Source: Eubacteriales bacterium (GTDB lineage: Bacteria; Bacillota; Clostridia; Oscillospirales; SIG627). From it: 54,643 bases of DNA. The DNA is taken from NCBI GenBank assembly GCA_045594565.1, contig JAZNYT010000069.1, forward strand, positions 1 to 54,643, read 5' to 3'. Below are positions 28,394 through 38,070 of this stretch, piece after piece; the first letter of the stretch is position 1; every line of letters starts with the position of its first letter. A program made the position numbers and the translations under genes. The notes below the pieces were generated by a model. The model was given only the letters and a program-made list of their open reading frames with translations. It searched no databases and was not told where the DNA came from.

Positions 28394-29651
28394 ATTTAAA
28401 GAGCGAAAGCTAAAATCCGAAGGAATAGAGGTCTATTCCTTCCCTTCATCCTCTCACAGCTTCTGCCTATCCCTTATAATAAGGGCAGGCACGATGCATG
28501 AGGCGGTGGGGGAGGAGGGATATACTCATTTCTTCGAGCACATAGTTTTCCGTAATATATCCAGACTTATGTCGGGAGAGCTATACCGAGTGCTTGACCG
28601 ACATGGACTCACCTTTTCGGGCACTACCTATAACGAGCTGATACACCTTTCCATTCAGGGAAGCCCGAAATATTTTAACATTGCATCCGATATTCTTACC
28701 CTTGCCCTCAAGCCTCTCGTCATCGACAAGAGTGAGCTTGACTCCGAAAAGGAGAGGGTAAAAAGAGAGATAAGAGAGGACACCTATCGCTCATCGGTGG
28801 ATGAGCTTTTACAAAAAGCTGTGTGGGAAAATACGTCTCTCTCACGTCCCATTACGGGAACGGTTGGCGGAATATCCAAGCTTACCTTAAAGAAGCTTTC
28901 TGATTTTTCGAAGAAGATACTTACACGCGAAAACGTGTTTTTCTATCTTACGGGGGCATTCGGGGAGGAAGAAGAAAAATATCTTGTGTCAAAGGTAGAG
29001 GGTATAACGCTTCCTTCGGGTAAAAAGCGTGAGAACTCACCCGAAGTGCCACTTGACTTCTTTAAAAGAAACGCAAAGGTGGTATTCAAAAAAGCAGATT
29101 TCTGCAAAGTAAAGCTTGCCTTTGACGTAGATACAAGAAAGATAAAAAAGCCCCTTCGTGATATTATATACGATATGCTTTTCGGAGGCGATTCCTCAAG
29201 AATCTTTCTTTCCCTTTCGGAAGAAAAGGGTTATATCTACAGCTTTGATGCAAACGTCGAGGAATATGAAAACGTAGGCGTTTTCACTCTTTCCTTCGAA
29301 ACGGGAGAAAAGGACTTTTTACCCGCTTTGCGACTTGCCCTTGAGGTTATTTCTACCGCAGCACAAAAGGAGCTTTTTGAATTTGCAAAGGTGCCTTATA
29401 CCGAAAACTATCTCTTTATGCTTGACGATTCGGAGGCGCTTTGCTGGAACAAGGTTTACGAGTCTCGCTTTCTCGGCTTTGATTACTCTACCCTTGACGA
29501 AAGACGTGAGGAGTACGGCAGAATTACATTTGAGGACGTGGAAAGGGCGGCAGAGGGGATTTTCAGAAAAGACAACCTCACCATCGCCATAAAGCATCGC
29601 CGTGACGTTCAAAAAGAGGTAAGTGATATTATAGACGAGATTTTGAAATAA
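28377..29651 (+). CDS. M16 family peptidase
   Basis: Inverted zinc motif HFFEH, EKERVKREI, SRIFLSLSEEKGYIYS. Confidence 0.85.
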   Translation: MTLQSEFKERKLKSEGIEVYSFPSSSHSFCLSLIIRAGTMHEAVGEEGYTHFFEHIVFRNISRLMSGELYRVLDRHGLTFSGTTYNELIHLSIQGSPKYFNIASDILTLALKPLVIDKSELDSEKERVKREIREDTYRSSVDELLQKAVWENTSLSRPITGTVGGISKLTLKKLSDFSKKILTRENVFFYLTGAFGEEEEKYLVSKVEGITLPSGKKRENSPEVPLDFFKRNAKVVFKKADFCKVKLAFDVDTRKIKKPLRDIIYDMLFGGDSSRIFLSLSEEKGYIYSFDANVEEYENVGVFTLSFETGEKDFLPALRLALEVISTAAQKELFEFAKVPYTENYLFMLDDSEALCWNKVYESRFLGFDYSTLDERREEYGRITFEDVERAAEGIFRKDNLTIAIKHRRDVQKEVSDIIDEILK

Positions 29652-29718
29652 AGGACGTTTATTTTAAAGGTTTCCCGATAATAATTCTTATAAATATTAT
29701 TGTTTTCAGGAGAATACT

Positions 29719-31314
29719 TTGAAGGACCGCTCACTTTATCCGTATCTTGCGATACCGCCCTTATATCTTCTCGCCTTCTTTTTTGCGGAGAAGGTTGTAT
29801 GCGAGGGGAGATTCGTTTCGTATTTACCTATTGACGACAAAATCCCTTTTATTTCCCTGTTTGTTGTGCCCTACGTTTTGTGGTACTTTCTCATTTTCGG
29901 CACAGGCTTTTATCTTTTTAGGAGAGACCCCGAGGGCTTCAAAAGGTATATGTCCTTTATGGGTATCGCTTTTTTCTCAATTATAATACTTAATATTTTA
30001 TTCCCAAACGAGCAGAACTTAAGAGCGGATCTCACTCTTCAAGACGGCATTTTTTCAAAAGCAGTATCCTTTATCTATAGCGTTGACACCAACACCAACG
30101 TCTGTCCCAGTATGCACGTTGTTGGTACTCTCGGCGCGGTATTTTCGATATGGGAGAGAAGATTTCCAACGCTTTGGAGATTTTTTCTGTCAGTTCTCGG
30201 CATATTTATATGCCTTTCAACAGTTTTTATAAAGCAACATTCGTCACTCGACGTAATAACCGCAATCCCTTACGCCGTTGGCGTGTTCATAATAGTAAAT
30301 AAACTTATTTTCAGAAAAAGAGGTAACACAATGAAAAGAATAGCTATAGCAGGCTACGGAAACCTTGGTCGCGGAGTTGAAGCGGCAATCAAAAACAGAG
30401 AGGATATGGAGCTTGTAGCGGTAGTTACAAGAAGAGCTCCCGAAATGCTCAAAATAAGAACGGAAGGCGCCGTTGCGCTTTCCATGGATAACGTGAAGGA
30501 TTTGAAGGGCAAGGTCGATGCGATAATTATCTGCGGCGGCTCTGCTACAGACCTTCCCGAAATGACACCTGCACTTGCAAAGGATTTTAACGTTATCGAC
30601 AGCTTTGATACACACGCCAAGATTTCCGAGCATTTCAAAAGAGTTGACTCTGCCGCAAAGGAAGGGGGAAACATTGCTATGATTTCGGTTGGCTGGGACC
30701 CCGGTATGTTCTCGGTAAACCGCCTTTATGCAAATTCAATTCTCCCCAACGGTCGTGACTACACCTTCTGGGGCAGAGGAGTAAGCCAGGGACACTCCGA
30801 CGCTATTCGCAGAATAGAGGGCGTTGTTGATGCAAGACAGTATACTGTGCCCATTGATGCGGCGGTAGAAAGAGCAAAGAGCGGAGAAATGCCCGAATTT
30901 ACCACAAGAGAAAAGCATACAAGAGAGTGCTTTGTTGTGGCTGAGGAGGGGGCAGACCTTGAAAGAATAGAAAAAGAGATAAAGGAAATGCCCAACTACT
31001 TCGCAGACTATGATACAACAGTTACCTTCGTGACGTTAGAGGAGCTTCAAAGAGAACACAAGGGTCTTCCTCACGGAGGCAGAGTTATAAGAACGGGCAA
31101 AACGGGCTTCGACCTTGAGAACAGACATACTATAGAGTATTCCCTCGCCCTTGACTCCAACCCCGAATTTACCGCCAGCGTTATCGTTGCATACGCTTCG
31201 GCTATGCTCAAGATGAAGGAAAGAGGAGAGGTAGGCTGTAAGACCGTATTCGACGTATCCCCCGCCGACCTTGCAAACGTATCCTACGACGAAATGCTCG
31301 CGCATATGCTTTAA
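29719..31314 (+). CDS. ddh: PAP2-family membrane phosphatase (29719-30330) in frame with meso-diaminopimelate dehydrogenase (from ATG 30331)
   Basis: N-part: DTNTNVCPSMHV, STVFIKQHS. C-part: IAIAGYGNLGRG, GGSATDLP, DSFDTH, VGWDPGMFS, TFWGRGVSQGHSDAIR, LDSNPEFT. No stop between them; internal AGAGGT RBS before ATG 30331. Confidence 0.88.
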   Translation: MKDRSLYPYLAIPPLYLLAFFFAEKVVCEGRFVSYLPIDDKIPFISLFVVPYVLWYFLIFGTGFYLFRRDPEGFKRYMSFMGIAFFSIIILNILFPNEQNLRADLTLQDGIFSKAVSFIYSVDTNTNVCPSMHVVGTLGAVFSIWERRFPTLWRFFLSVLGIFICLSTVFIKQHSSLDVITAIPYAVGVFIIVNKLIFRKRGNTMKRIAIAGYGNLGRGVEAAIKNREDMELVAVVTRRAPEMLKIRTEGAVALSMDNVKDLKGKVDAIIICGGSATDLPEMTPALAKDFNVIDSFDTHAKISEHFKRVDSAAKEGGNIAMISVGWDPGMFSVNRLYANSILPNGRDYTFWGRGVSQGHSDAIRRIEGVVDARQYTVPIDAAVERAKSGEMPEFTTREKHTRECFVVAEEGADLERIEKEIKEMPNYFADYDTTVTFVTLEELQREHKGLPHGGRVIRTGKTGFDLENRHTIEYSLALDSNPEFTASVIVAYASAMLKMKERGEVGCKTVFDVSPADLANVSYDEMLAHML

Positions 31315-31337
31315 TAATAAGAAAAAGGAAAAATAAA

Positions 31338-32633
31338 ATGCTTTCAAAGAACATAAACGTTAATGCCGAAGGGCATCTTACCTTTGCAGGAGTTGACACA
31401 GTTGCTCTTGCAAACAAATACGGAACACCACTTTATCTCATTGACGAGGACGGTATCGTCCAGAGAGTAAGAGAGTATAAGAACGCTATGAAGGGCTTTT
31501 TTTCTGCTGATTCCGAGCCTTGCTTTGCAGGAAAGGCGCTTTGCTATACCGACCTCTACAGAACTCTCGAAAAGGAAAATATGTGGATAGACGTAGTGTC
31601 TCCCGGTGAGTTTTACACCGCTAAAAATGCAGGCTTCGACCTCTCCCGTGCTATGTTTCACGGAAACAACAAGACCGACGCCGATCTTGAAATGGCACTT
31701 AAAATGGGAGTTGGAAGGATAGTTGTTGATAACGGCGACGAGGCAGAGGCGCTGGAGCGAATAGCAGGTGAGATGGGAGTGAAGGCTCCCGTTATTCTCC
31801 GTCTTACACCGGGCATCGACCCCCATACGCTAAAAGCTATAAATACAGGCACCGTTGACTCGAAGTTCGGAGTTGCCATCGAAACGGGAGATGCCGAAAA
31901 GCTTGTGAAGAGGGTGCTTTCTTATAAAAATATCACTCTTTACGGCTACCATTGCCATATAGGCTCACAGGTGTTTGATTGTATCCCCTTTATCGAGGCG
32001 TCTGACAGAATGTTCGCCTTCTCGGCAAACATTCGTGACAAGTACGGATTTGAAGCGCCTGAAATAAATCTCGGCGGCGGTATGGCGGTAAAATACCTTA
32101 AAAGCGACCCCGAAATAAGCTATACAAAAAATATATCCGATATCGGAGAGCATATAAAAATGCTTCTTAAAAGGTTCTCCCTTAAAATGCCCCGCATCTT
32201 TATGGAGCCGGGCAGAAGCATTGTTGCCGACAACGGTATGACTCTTTATACCGTAGGAAGCGTTAAGTGCATACAAAACTATAAGAATTACGTATCGGTT
32301 GACGGCGGTATGGCGGATAATCCCCGTTATGCTCTCTACAACGCATCCTATACTCTTATAAATGCAAGCTTTGCAGATAAAACCCCTGATTTTGAAGCCA
32401 CAGTTGGAGGCAGATGCTGCGAAAGCGGCGATCTTATTCAGGAGAGAGTAAAGCTTGTTCGTCCAAAGAGAGGAGACGTCCTTGCCGTTTGTACAACGGG
32501 CGCCTATAACTTCTCTATGTCCTCCAACTACAACAGACTTCTCCGTCCCGCCCTTGTCAGCATCAAGGGAGGAGAAGACAGACTTGCGGTAAAGCGAGAG
32601 ACCTTTGAGGACCTTGTACGAAACGATATTTAA
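31338..32633 (+). CDS. lysA: Diaminopimelate decarboxylase
   Basis: YGTPLY, FHGNNK, SKFG, HCHIGSQ, INLGGG, EPGRSIV, GRCCESGD, TGAYNFSMSSNYN. Confidence 0.96.
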   Translation: MLSKNINVNAEGHLTFAGVDTVALANKYGTPLYLIDEDGIVQRVREYKNAMKGFFSADSEPCFAGKALCYTDLYRTLEKENMWIDVVSPGEFYTAKNAGFDLSRAMFHGNNKTDADLEMALKMGVGRIVVDNGDEAEALERIAGEMGVKAPVILRLTPGIDPHTLKAINTGTVDSKFGVAIETGDAEKLVKRVLSYKNITLYGYHCHIGSQVFDCIPFIEASDRMFAFSANIRDKYGFEAPEINLGGGMAVKYLKSDPEISYTKNISDIGEHIKMLLKRFSLKMPRIFMEPGRSIVADNGMTLYTVGSVKCIQNYKNYVSVDGGMADNPRYALYNASYTLINASFADKTPDFEATVGGRCCESGDLIQERVKLVRPKRGDVLAVCTTGAYNFSMSSNYNRLLRPALVSIKGGEDRLAVKRETFEDLVRNDI

Positions 32634-32748
32634 TTCCCCGAGATAATGTTAATTTTTGTCTATTTGTTGCATTGAAGATTTCTTGTTTTTTTCATCTAAA
32701 AATGGAATAATTCTATTGTAGAATTTCACATGAAAGGATGAAAACAAA

Positions 32749-34482
32749 ATGAAAAAACCACAGCTTACAGAATTAACCCTTCGTGAAAAAATAGGTCAGA
32801 TGCTGGCTCCTCATCACTGGGAGGTTTACGGCAAGTCAGAGGCAAACTATGACTACAAGCCCGTTGACATTTCCTACGTTAAGGAGCAGTATGAAAAGGA
32901 GTGCTTCGGTACTATCCGTGCTGAGCAGATCGGCGTTTACTACGTTGATTCACGTCATTTTTCAGAGAAGATTGACCCCGGTGCAGATATAACCGAGGGT
33001 AACCTTCTTGCTTACGGCAAACTCAGAATGCCTGTTGACCCCTACAGAGAGTACATGAAGGAGATTTGCTCTTTCCCCAAGATTCCGCCTCTTGTAGCAG
33101 GAGACTGTGTAACAGGCGCTTCAAACGTATTTACTGACCTCTCCTCGATTTGTAACGCCTTGACAATCGGTGCGGCAGACGATGAGGAGCTGACCTATGA
33201 GCTTGGTGCGGCGGTTGCACGTGAAATGCGTTATGCAGGCTTCAACTGGCGTTGGTGTCCTGTTATGGATATGGCAAACCGTAACCGTTCAACAGTATCG
33301 CGTACCTTTGCCATGGACGATTATGACAGATGTCTCCGTCTTTCCAAGGCATACATCAAGGGTATGCAGTCGGAGGGCGTTGCTGCTGCTATCAAGCATT
33401 TCCCCGGCACAGACAGATATAATGCAAGAGATTCCCATTATTCACCTGTATCTAACCTTTCTACTATGGAAGAGTGGTGGGCAGAGCAGGGACGTGCATT
33501 CCAGGAAATGATAGATTTCGGCGTATGGTCCATTATGACTAACGTTGGCTCATTCCCCGCAGTTGACGATTCTACAATAAACGGTCAGCTCAGACCTACT
33601 CCCATTTCCAAGAAGATTACAACAGAGCTTCTCAAGGAAAAGATGGGCTTCAAGGGTGTTGTAATTACCGACGGTATCCGTATGGGCGGTCTTTATTCGA
33701 TTTTGCCTTATGAGGAGCTTGTAGTAGAGCTTGTTAACGCAGGTAACGACGTTCTTCTCGGCGGTGATATAAATTCAGGCGACCTTATCGAAGCGGCAGT
33801 GCGTGACGGCAGAATTGCGGAATCACGAATTGATGATGCTTGTCAGAGAGTACTTGACTTCAAGGAAAAGCTCGGCATGTTTGAGGACGATTATTATACA
33901 AAGCCCTTCCCCTATACAAAGGAAGAGATGCTTCGTAAAACACGCGAGGTCAACGAGAAGATTGTAAGAAAGAGTATGACTCTTGTCCGTGACAGAACCG
34001 GTATACTTCCCGTAAATAAGGAAAATATCAAGAAGGTTTCCATAATCGTATCAAGTCACCTTCCGAATATTATGGAAATACTTGAGCCTCTGAAAAATGC
34101 ATTTGAAAAGAGAGGCATTGAGGTACATATGCAGCGCAGACTGAAAAGTGTGGCAGAGCTGAAGGAGATATCCGATAACAGCGACCTTATCATTTACGCC
34201 GCATACGTTGCCATGTTCATGCCGTCAGGCTACCTTCGTCTCTTCGGCGAAGAGTGCCAGACCTTCTATTATGCCTTCAAGTACGGTAAGGAAAAATCCA
34301 TCGGTGTTTCCTTCGGTTATCCTTACGTTCATTATGACAGCATGGAGGCTGTTAACGCCTTTGTCAATGCAAATAATATGGACGTGGCATCACAGGAGGC
34401 TTTCGTTGCAGCACTCTTTGGCGAGATAGGCTTTGAGGGAAAGAGTCCCGTTCGACTTATCCCTCGCGCGAATACAATGTAA
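32749..34482 (+). CDS. GH3 glycoside hydrolase (beta-N-acetylhexosaminidase-like), copy 1
   Basis: LTLREKIGQM, KHFPG...RDSH, MGFKGVVITDG, AGNDVLL, RIDDACQRVL. Confidence 0.88.
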   Translation: MKKPQLTELTLREKIGQMLAPHHWEVYGKSEANYDYKPVDISYVKEQYEKECFGTIRAEQIGVYYVDSRHFSEKIDPGADITEGNLLAYGKLRMPVDPYREYMKEICSFPKIPPLVAGDCVTGASNVFTDLSSICNALTIGAADDEELTYELGAAVAREMRYAGFNWRWCPVMDMANRNRSTVSRTFAMDDYDRCLRLSKAYIKGMQSEGVAAAIKHFPGTDRYNARDSHYSPVSNLSTMEEWWAEQGRAFQEMIDFGVWSIMTNVGSFPAVDDSTINGQLRPTPISKKITTELLKEKMGFKGVVITDGIRMGGLYSILPYEELVVELVNAGNDVLLGGDINSGDLIEAAVRDGRIAESRIDDACQRVLDFKEKLGMFEDDYYTKPFPYTKEEMLRKTREVNEKIVRKSMTLVRDRTGILPVNKENIKKVSIIVSSHLPNIMEILEPLKNAFEKRGIEVHMQRRLKSVAELKEISDNSDLIIYAAYVAMFMPSGYLRLFGEECQTFYYAFKYGKEKSIGVSFGYPYVHYDSMEAVNAFVNANNMDVASQEAFVAALFGEIGFEGKSPVRLIPRANTM

Positions 34483-34500
34483 CGAAGGGATGAAAACAAA

Positions 34501-36234
34501 ATGAAAAAACCACAGCTTTCAGAACTTACACTCCGCGAAAAAATCGGACAAATGATGGCACCCCATCAGTGGGGCATTTTCGGCAAGGAAGAAACCGCCT
34601 TTGACTTCAAGCCTGTTGATATTGAAGAGGTAAAGGCTCGCTGTGAAAAGGACTGCTACGGTACGCTTCGTGCAGAGCAGATTGGTGTATACTTTACAGA
34701 TTCCCGCTATTTTAAGGAAATGTCGAAGGACGTTACCGATACAACGGAGGGCGACCTTCTCGCTTACGGCAAGATAAGAATGCCTGCCGAAGTGTACAGA
34801 GAATACAACAAAGAGCTATGCAGCTTTTTTAAGATTCCGCCCCTTGTAGCAGGTGACTGTGTTACAGGTCCATCTAACGTCTTCACTGATTTATCAACTA
34901 TTTGTAATGCACTGACAATCGGTGCAGCAGACGACGAGAAGCTCACCTTTGAGCTTGGTGCGGCTGTAGCACGTGAGATGAGATACGTCGGCTTTAACTG
35001 GCGTTGGTCTCCTGTAATGGATATGGGTAACCGTAACCGTTCCTGTGTTATGCGTACCTTTGCAATGGACGATTTTGACAGATGTATGAGACTTTCCAAG
35101 GCATACATCGACGGTATGCAGTCGGAGGGAATGGCGGCAGGTGCAAAGCACTTCCCCGGTGTTGACCGCTATAGCGCAAGAGATACTCATTTTTCTGCCG
35201 AGGCAATGGCGTGCAGTATGGAAGAATGGTGGGCAGAGCAGGGCCGTGCTTTCCAGGAAATGATTGACCACGGCGTATATTCTATTATGATTGACCACAC
35301 GGCGTTCCCTGCGGCAGATGATAGTCTTATAAAAGGTAAACCACGTCCGAGTACTATTTCTAAAAAGATTATTACCGACCTTTTGAAGGAAAAGATGGGC
35401 TTCAAGGGCGTTGTAATTACCGACGGTATAAGCATGGCGGGACTTTACTCGCTCCTTCCTTACGAAGAGCTTATAGTTGAGCTTGTAAATGCAGGTAATG
35501 ACGTTATTCTTGGCAGTGAAATGAATTCATCAGACATTATCGAAGAAGCAGTTCGTGATGGCAGAGTTCTTGAGTCAAGAATCGACGACGCTTGTCAGAG
35601 AGTCCTTGACCTCAAGGAAAAGCTTGGACTCTTCGAGGACGATTATTATACAAAACCTTTCCCCTATACAAGAGAAGAAATGGTTGCAAAAACACGTGAG
35701 ATAAACGAAAAGATTGTAAGAAAGAGCATGACGCTTGTTCGCGACAGAACGGGTATTCTTCCTTTTAAGAAGGAGAACGTTAAGAGAGTTTCTATTATTG
35801 CATCAAGCCACTATGACGGTATTATAGAAAAACTTGAGCCTATGAAGCGTGCCTTTGAAAAAAGAGGTATGGAGGTACATATTCAGCGCAGACTTAAGAG
35901 TACGGCAGAACTTAAGAAAATATCCGAGAGCTCCGACCTTATTGTCTATGCCGCATACGTTGCAATGCATATGCCAAAGGGCTATTTACGTCTCTTTGGT
36001 GACGAGTGTCAGACATTCTATTATGCATTTAATCACGGTAGCGAGAAATCTGTTGGCGTTTCCTTCGGCTATCCTTACGTACATTATGACTCTATGGAAG
36101 CAGCTGATGCCTTCGTTAACGCAAATCACATAAGCGATATCTCTCAAGAGGCATTCGTTGAAGCAATCTTTGGAGAGATAGGCTTTGAGGGCAATAGCCC
36201 CATTGACCTTATACCCCGTGCAAATACAATGTAA
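34501..36234 (+). CDS. GH3 glycoside hydrolase, copy 2 (tandem paralog)
   Basis: Same length (577 aa) and colinear with copy 1; KHFPG...RDTH, VITDG. Confidence 0.88.
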   Translation: MKKPQLSELTLREKIGQMMAPHQWGIFGKEETAFDFKPVDIEEVKARCEKDCYGTLRAEQIGVYFTDSRYFKEMSKDVTDTTEGDLLAYGKIRMPAEVYREYNKELCSFFKIPPLVAGDCVTGPSNVFTDLSTICNALTIGAADDEKLTFELGAAVAREMRYVGFNWRWSPVMDMGNRNRSCVMRTFAMDDFDRCMRLSKAYIDGMQSEGMAAGAKHFPGVDRYSARDTHFSAEAMACSMEEWWAEQGRAFQEMIDHGVYSIMIDHTAFPAADDSLIKGKPRPSTISKKIITDLLKEKMGFKGVVITDGISMAGLYSLLPYEELIVELVNAGNDVILGSEMNSSDIIEEAVRDGRVLESRIDDACQRVLDLKEKLGLFEDDYYTKPFPYTREEMVAKTREINEKIVRKSMTLVRDRTGILPFKKENVKRVSIIASSHYDGIIEKLEPMKRAFEKRGMEVHIQRRLKSTAELKKISESSDLIVYAAYVAMHMPKGYLRLFGDECQTFYYAFNHGSEKSVGVSFGYPYVHYDSMEAADAFVNANHISDISQEAFVEAIFGEIGFEGNSPIDLIPRANTM

Positions 36235-36243
36235 AAATTCACT

Positions 36244-36276
36244 ATAGCCGAAGGGAGCAGGACTCCCTTCGGCTAT
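36244..36276. terminator. Hairpin after the GH3 pair
   Basis: ATAGCCGAAGGGAG-CAGGA-CTCCCTTCGGCTAT; no clear U-tract. Confidence 0.55.
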
Positions 36277-36295
36277 CACCAATTCGGAGGCAACG

Positions 36296-37162
36296 ATGAT
36301 TTACGCCGTATATGCAGAGAATGGATCCTCTGACTACTATTTTACGTCCAGCCGTTCCAACGTCTTATGTACCCCTCATGCACACAGTCACGTTGAACTG
36401 ATTTTTGTGCTTGATGGTCAGCTGTCTTTATCGGTGGACGATACAGTACGTCTTGTGGATAAGGGTACTGTGGCGATAATTATGCCCTATCAGGTTCATT
36501 TCTACAACTCAGAGAAAAACAATACGATTTTTGATATTGCCTGCCCTCCCGAGTACGTCAGCGAGTACAAGCAGATTTTTTCGGGAAAGCTCTTTTCTCC
36601 CTTTGTTGTACCAATAACTCCGTCAATGGAGGCTTTGATAAAAGAAATTTCACCCCACAACAAAGACAGACGGGTTTCACGTGGAGACTTGCATCTTTCT
36701 TTTAAATGCAAGTCGTTGCTTTACGTCGCTTTTTCACAGTTGATAAGCCAGTGCAGCCTCGTCGATACCGACAACATTCCGTACGACGTCTACCGAAGGG
36801 CAATGGTATATATAACAGAGCACTACAATCAGCCGATTTCTCTTTCGACGGTTGCTCAGCACTGTGGCGTCACACCGATTCATTTAAGCAGACTTATGAA
36901 TAGCCGAGGTAATACCGGCTTTTTGAATATCGTCAATTCTCTCCGTGCGTTTCAGGCAAAGAGACTTCTTGAACAGACGACGCTCCCCATAAGTCAGATA
37001 GCTCTCGACGTGGGATTCGGTACTATTCGCAGCTTTAATCGTATCTTTCGGGAATATTTTAACTGCCACCCGAGAGAGCTTCGCTTTCATGCTCAGTCCG
37101 AGGGCGAAACTCCTCTCCATCCGTTAGAGTCAAAAAACAATGTATTTAAAGGAGAAGAATAA
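36296..37162 (+). CDS. AraC family transcriptional regulator
   Basis: PHAHSHVELIFV cupin; IALDVGFGTIRSFNRIFREYF. Confidence 0.92.
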   Translation: MIYAVYAENGSSDYYFTSSRSNVLCTPHAHSHVELIFVLDGQLSLSVDDTVRLVDKGTVAIIMPYQVHFYNSEKNNTIFDIACPPEYVSEYKQIFSGKLFSPFVVPITPSMEALIKEISPHNKDRRVSRGDLHLSFKCKSLLYVAFSQLISQCSLVDTDNIPYDVYRRAMVYITEHYNQPISLSTVAQHCGVTPIHLSRLMNSRGNTGFLNIVNSLRAFQAKRLLEQTTLPISQIALDVGFGTIRSFNRIFREYFNCHPRELRFHAQSEGETPLHPLESKNNVFKGEE

Positions 37163-38070
37163 TGTTTATTGATATCCACGCACACGCTTACAGAAAGACT
37201 CCCGTTTTCGGATGCTCTTTTTGTACCGCAGAACAGCTTATCGAGGAATATGACAAGCTGGATATAGATATGGGGGTGGTTCAGCCTATCGTAAGTCCCG
37301 AGGTCTATTCCCCTCAATCCAACGAGGACGTTCTGGATATGGCTGAAAAATATCCCGACAGAATTATTCCTTTTTGTAATATAGACCCGAGAGGCGGAAA
37401 GAACTCGCCCACAACCAACTTCACTCCCATCCTTCAGCACTACAAGGACAGGGGATGTAAGGGCATTGGCGAGGTAATGCCCAAGCTTCAGATAATGGAC
37501 CCCAAGGTGCAGAACCTTCTCTATCACGCCGAAAAGGTAGGTCTTTCGGTGACCTTCGATGGCTCTCCCCAAACGGACAGGGGCTTCGGTGTTTATGATG
37601 ACGTGAATCTTCCTCAGCTTGAAATGACGCTAATGAGCTTTCCCGCTCTTATAGTGTTCGGCCACGGACCTCTTTTCTGGTCGGAGCTTGCAAGACTTGA
37701 AACCGTCGGCGAGAGAGGGTACATATATACCTTTGACGACCGTCACATAGGAATGATGGGAACAGGTCCCATAAAAGAAGAGGGCGTTGTACCTAAGCTT
37801 ATGCGAAAATTCCCCAATCTTTACGGTGACTTATCCGACTGCACTCCCTGTCATATGCTCTCAAGAGACAGAGAGTTTTCCGCAAAATTCTTAACCGAAT
37901 TTCAGGACAGACTTTTCTTCGGCACCGATATGTGCTTCCCCGGAATGAACGTGCCCATTATCAGCTTTCTTTATGAAATGCGGGACAGTAAAATGATAAC
38001 AAACGAAGTGTTTGAAAAAATATCGCATAAGAACGCAGAAAAATTTTTAGGAGTTAAGGTGAAAAAATGA
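37162..38070 (+). CDS. Amidohydrolase_2 family protein
   Basis: IDIHAH, IPFCNIDP, GIGEV, GHG, LYGDLS, LFFGTD, NAEKFL. Confidence 0.88.
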   Translation: MFIDIHAHAYRKTPVFGCSFCTAEQLIEEYDKLDIDMGVVQPIVSPEVYSPQSNEDVLDMAEKYPDRIIPFCNIDPRGGKNSPTTNFTPILQHYKDRGCKGIGEVMPKLQIMDPKVQNLLYHAEKVGLSVTFDGSPQTDRGFGVYDDVNLPQLEMTLMSFPALIVFGHGPLFWSELARLETVGERGYIYTFDDRHIGMMGTGPIKEEGVVPKLMRKFPNLYGDLSDCTPCHMLSRDREFSAKFLTEFQDRLFFGTDMCFPGMNVPIISFLYEMRDSKMITNEVFEKISHKNAEKFLGVKVKK

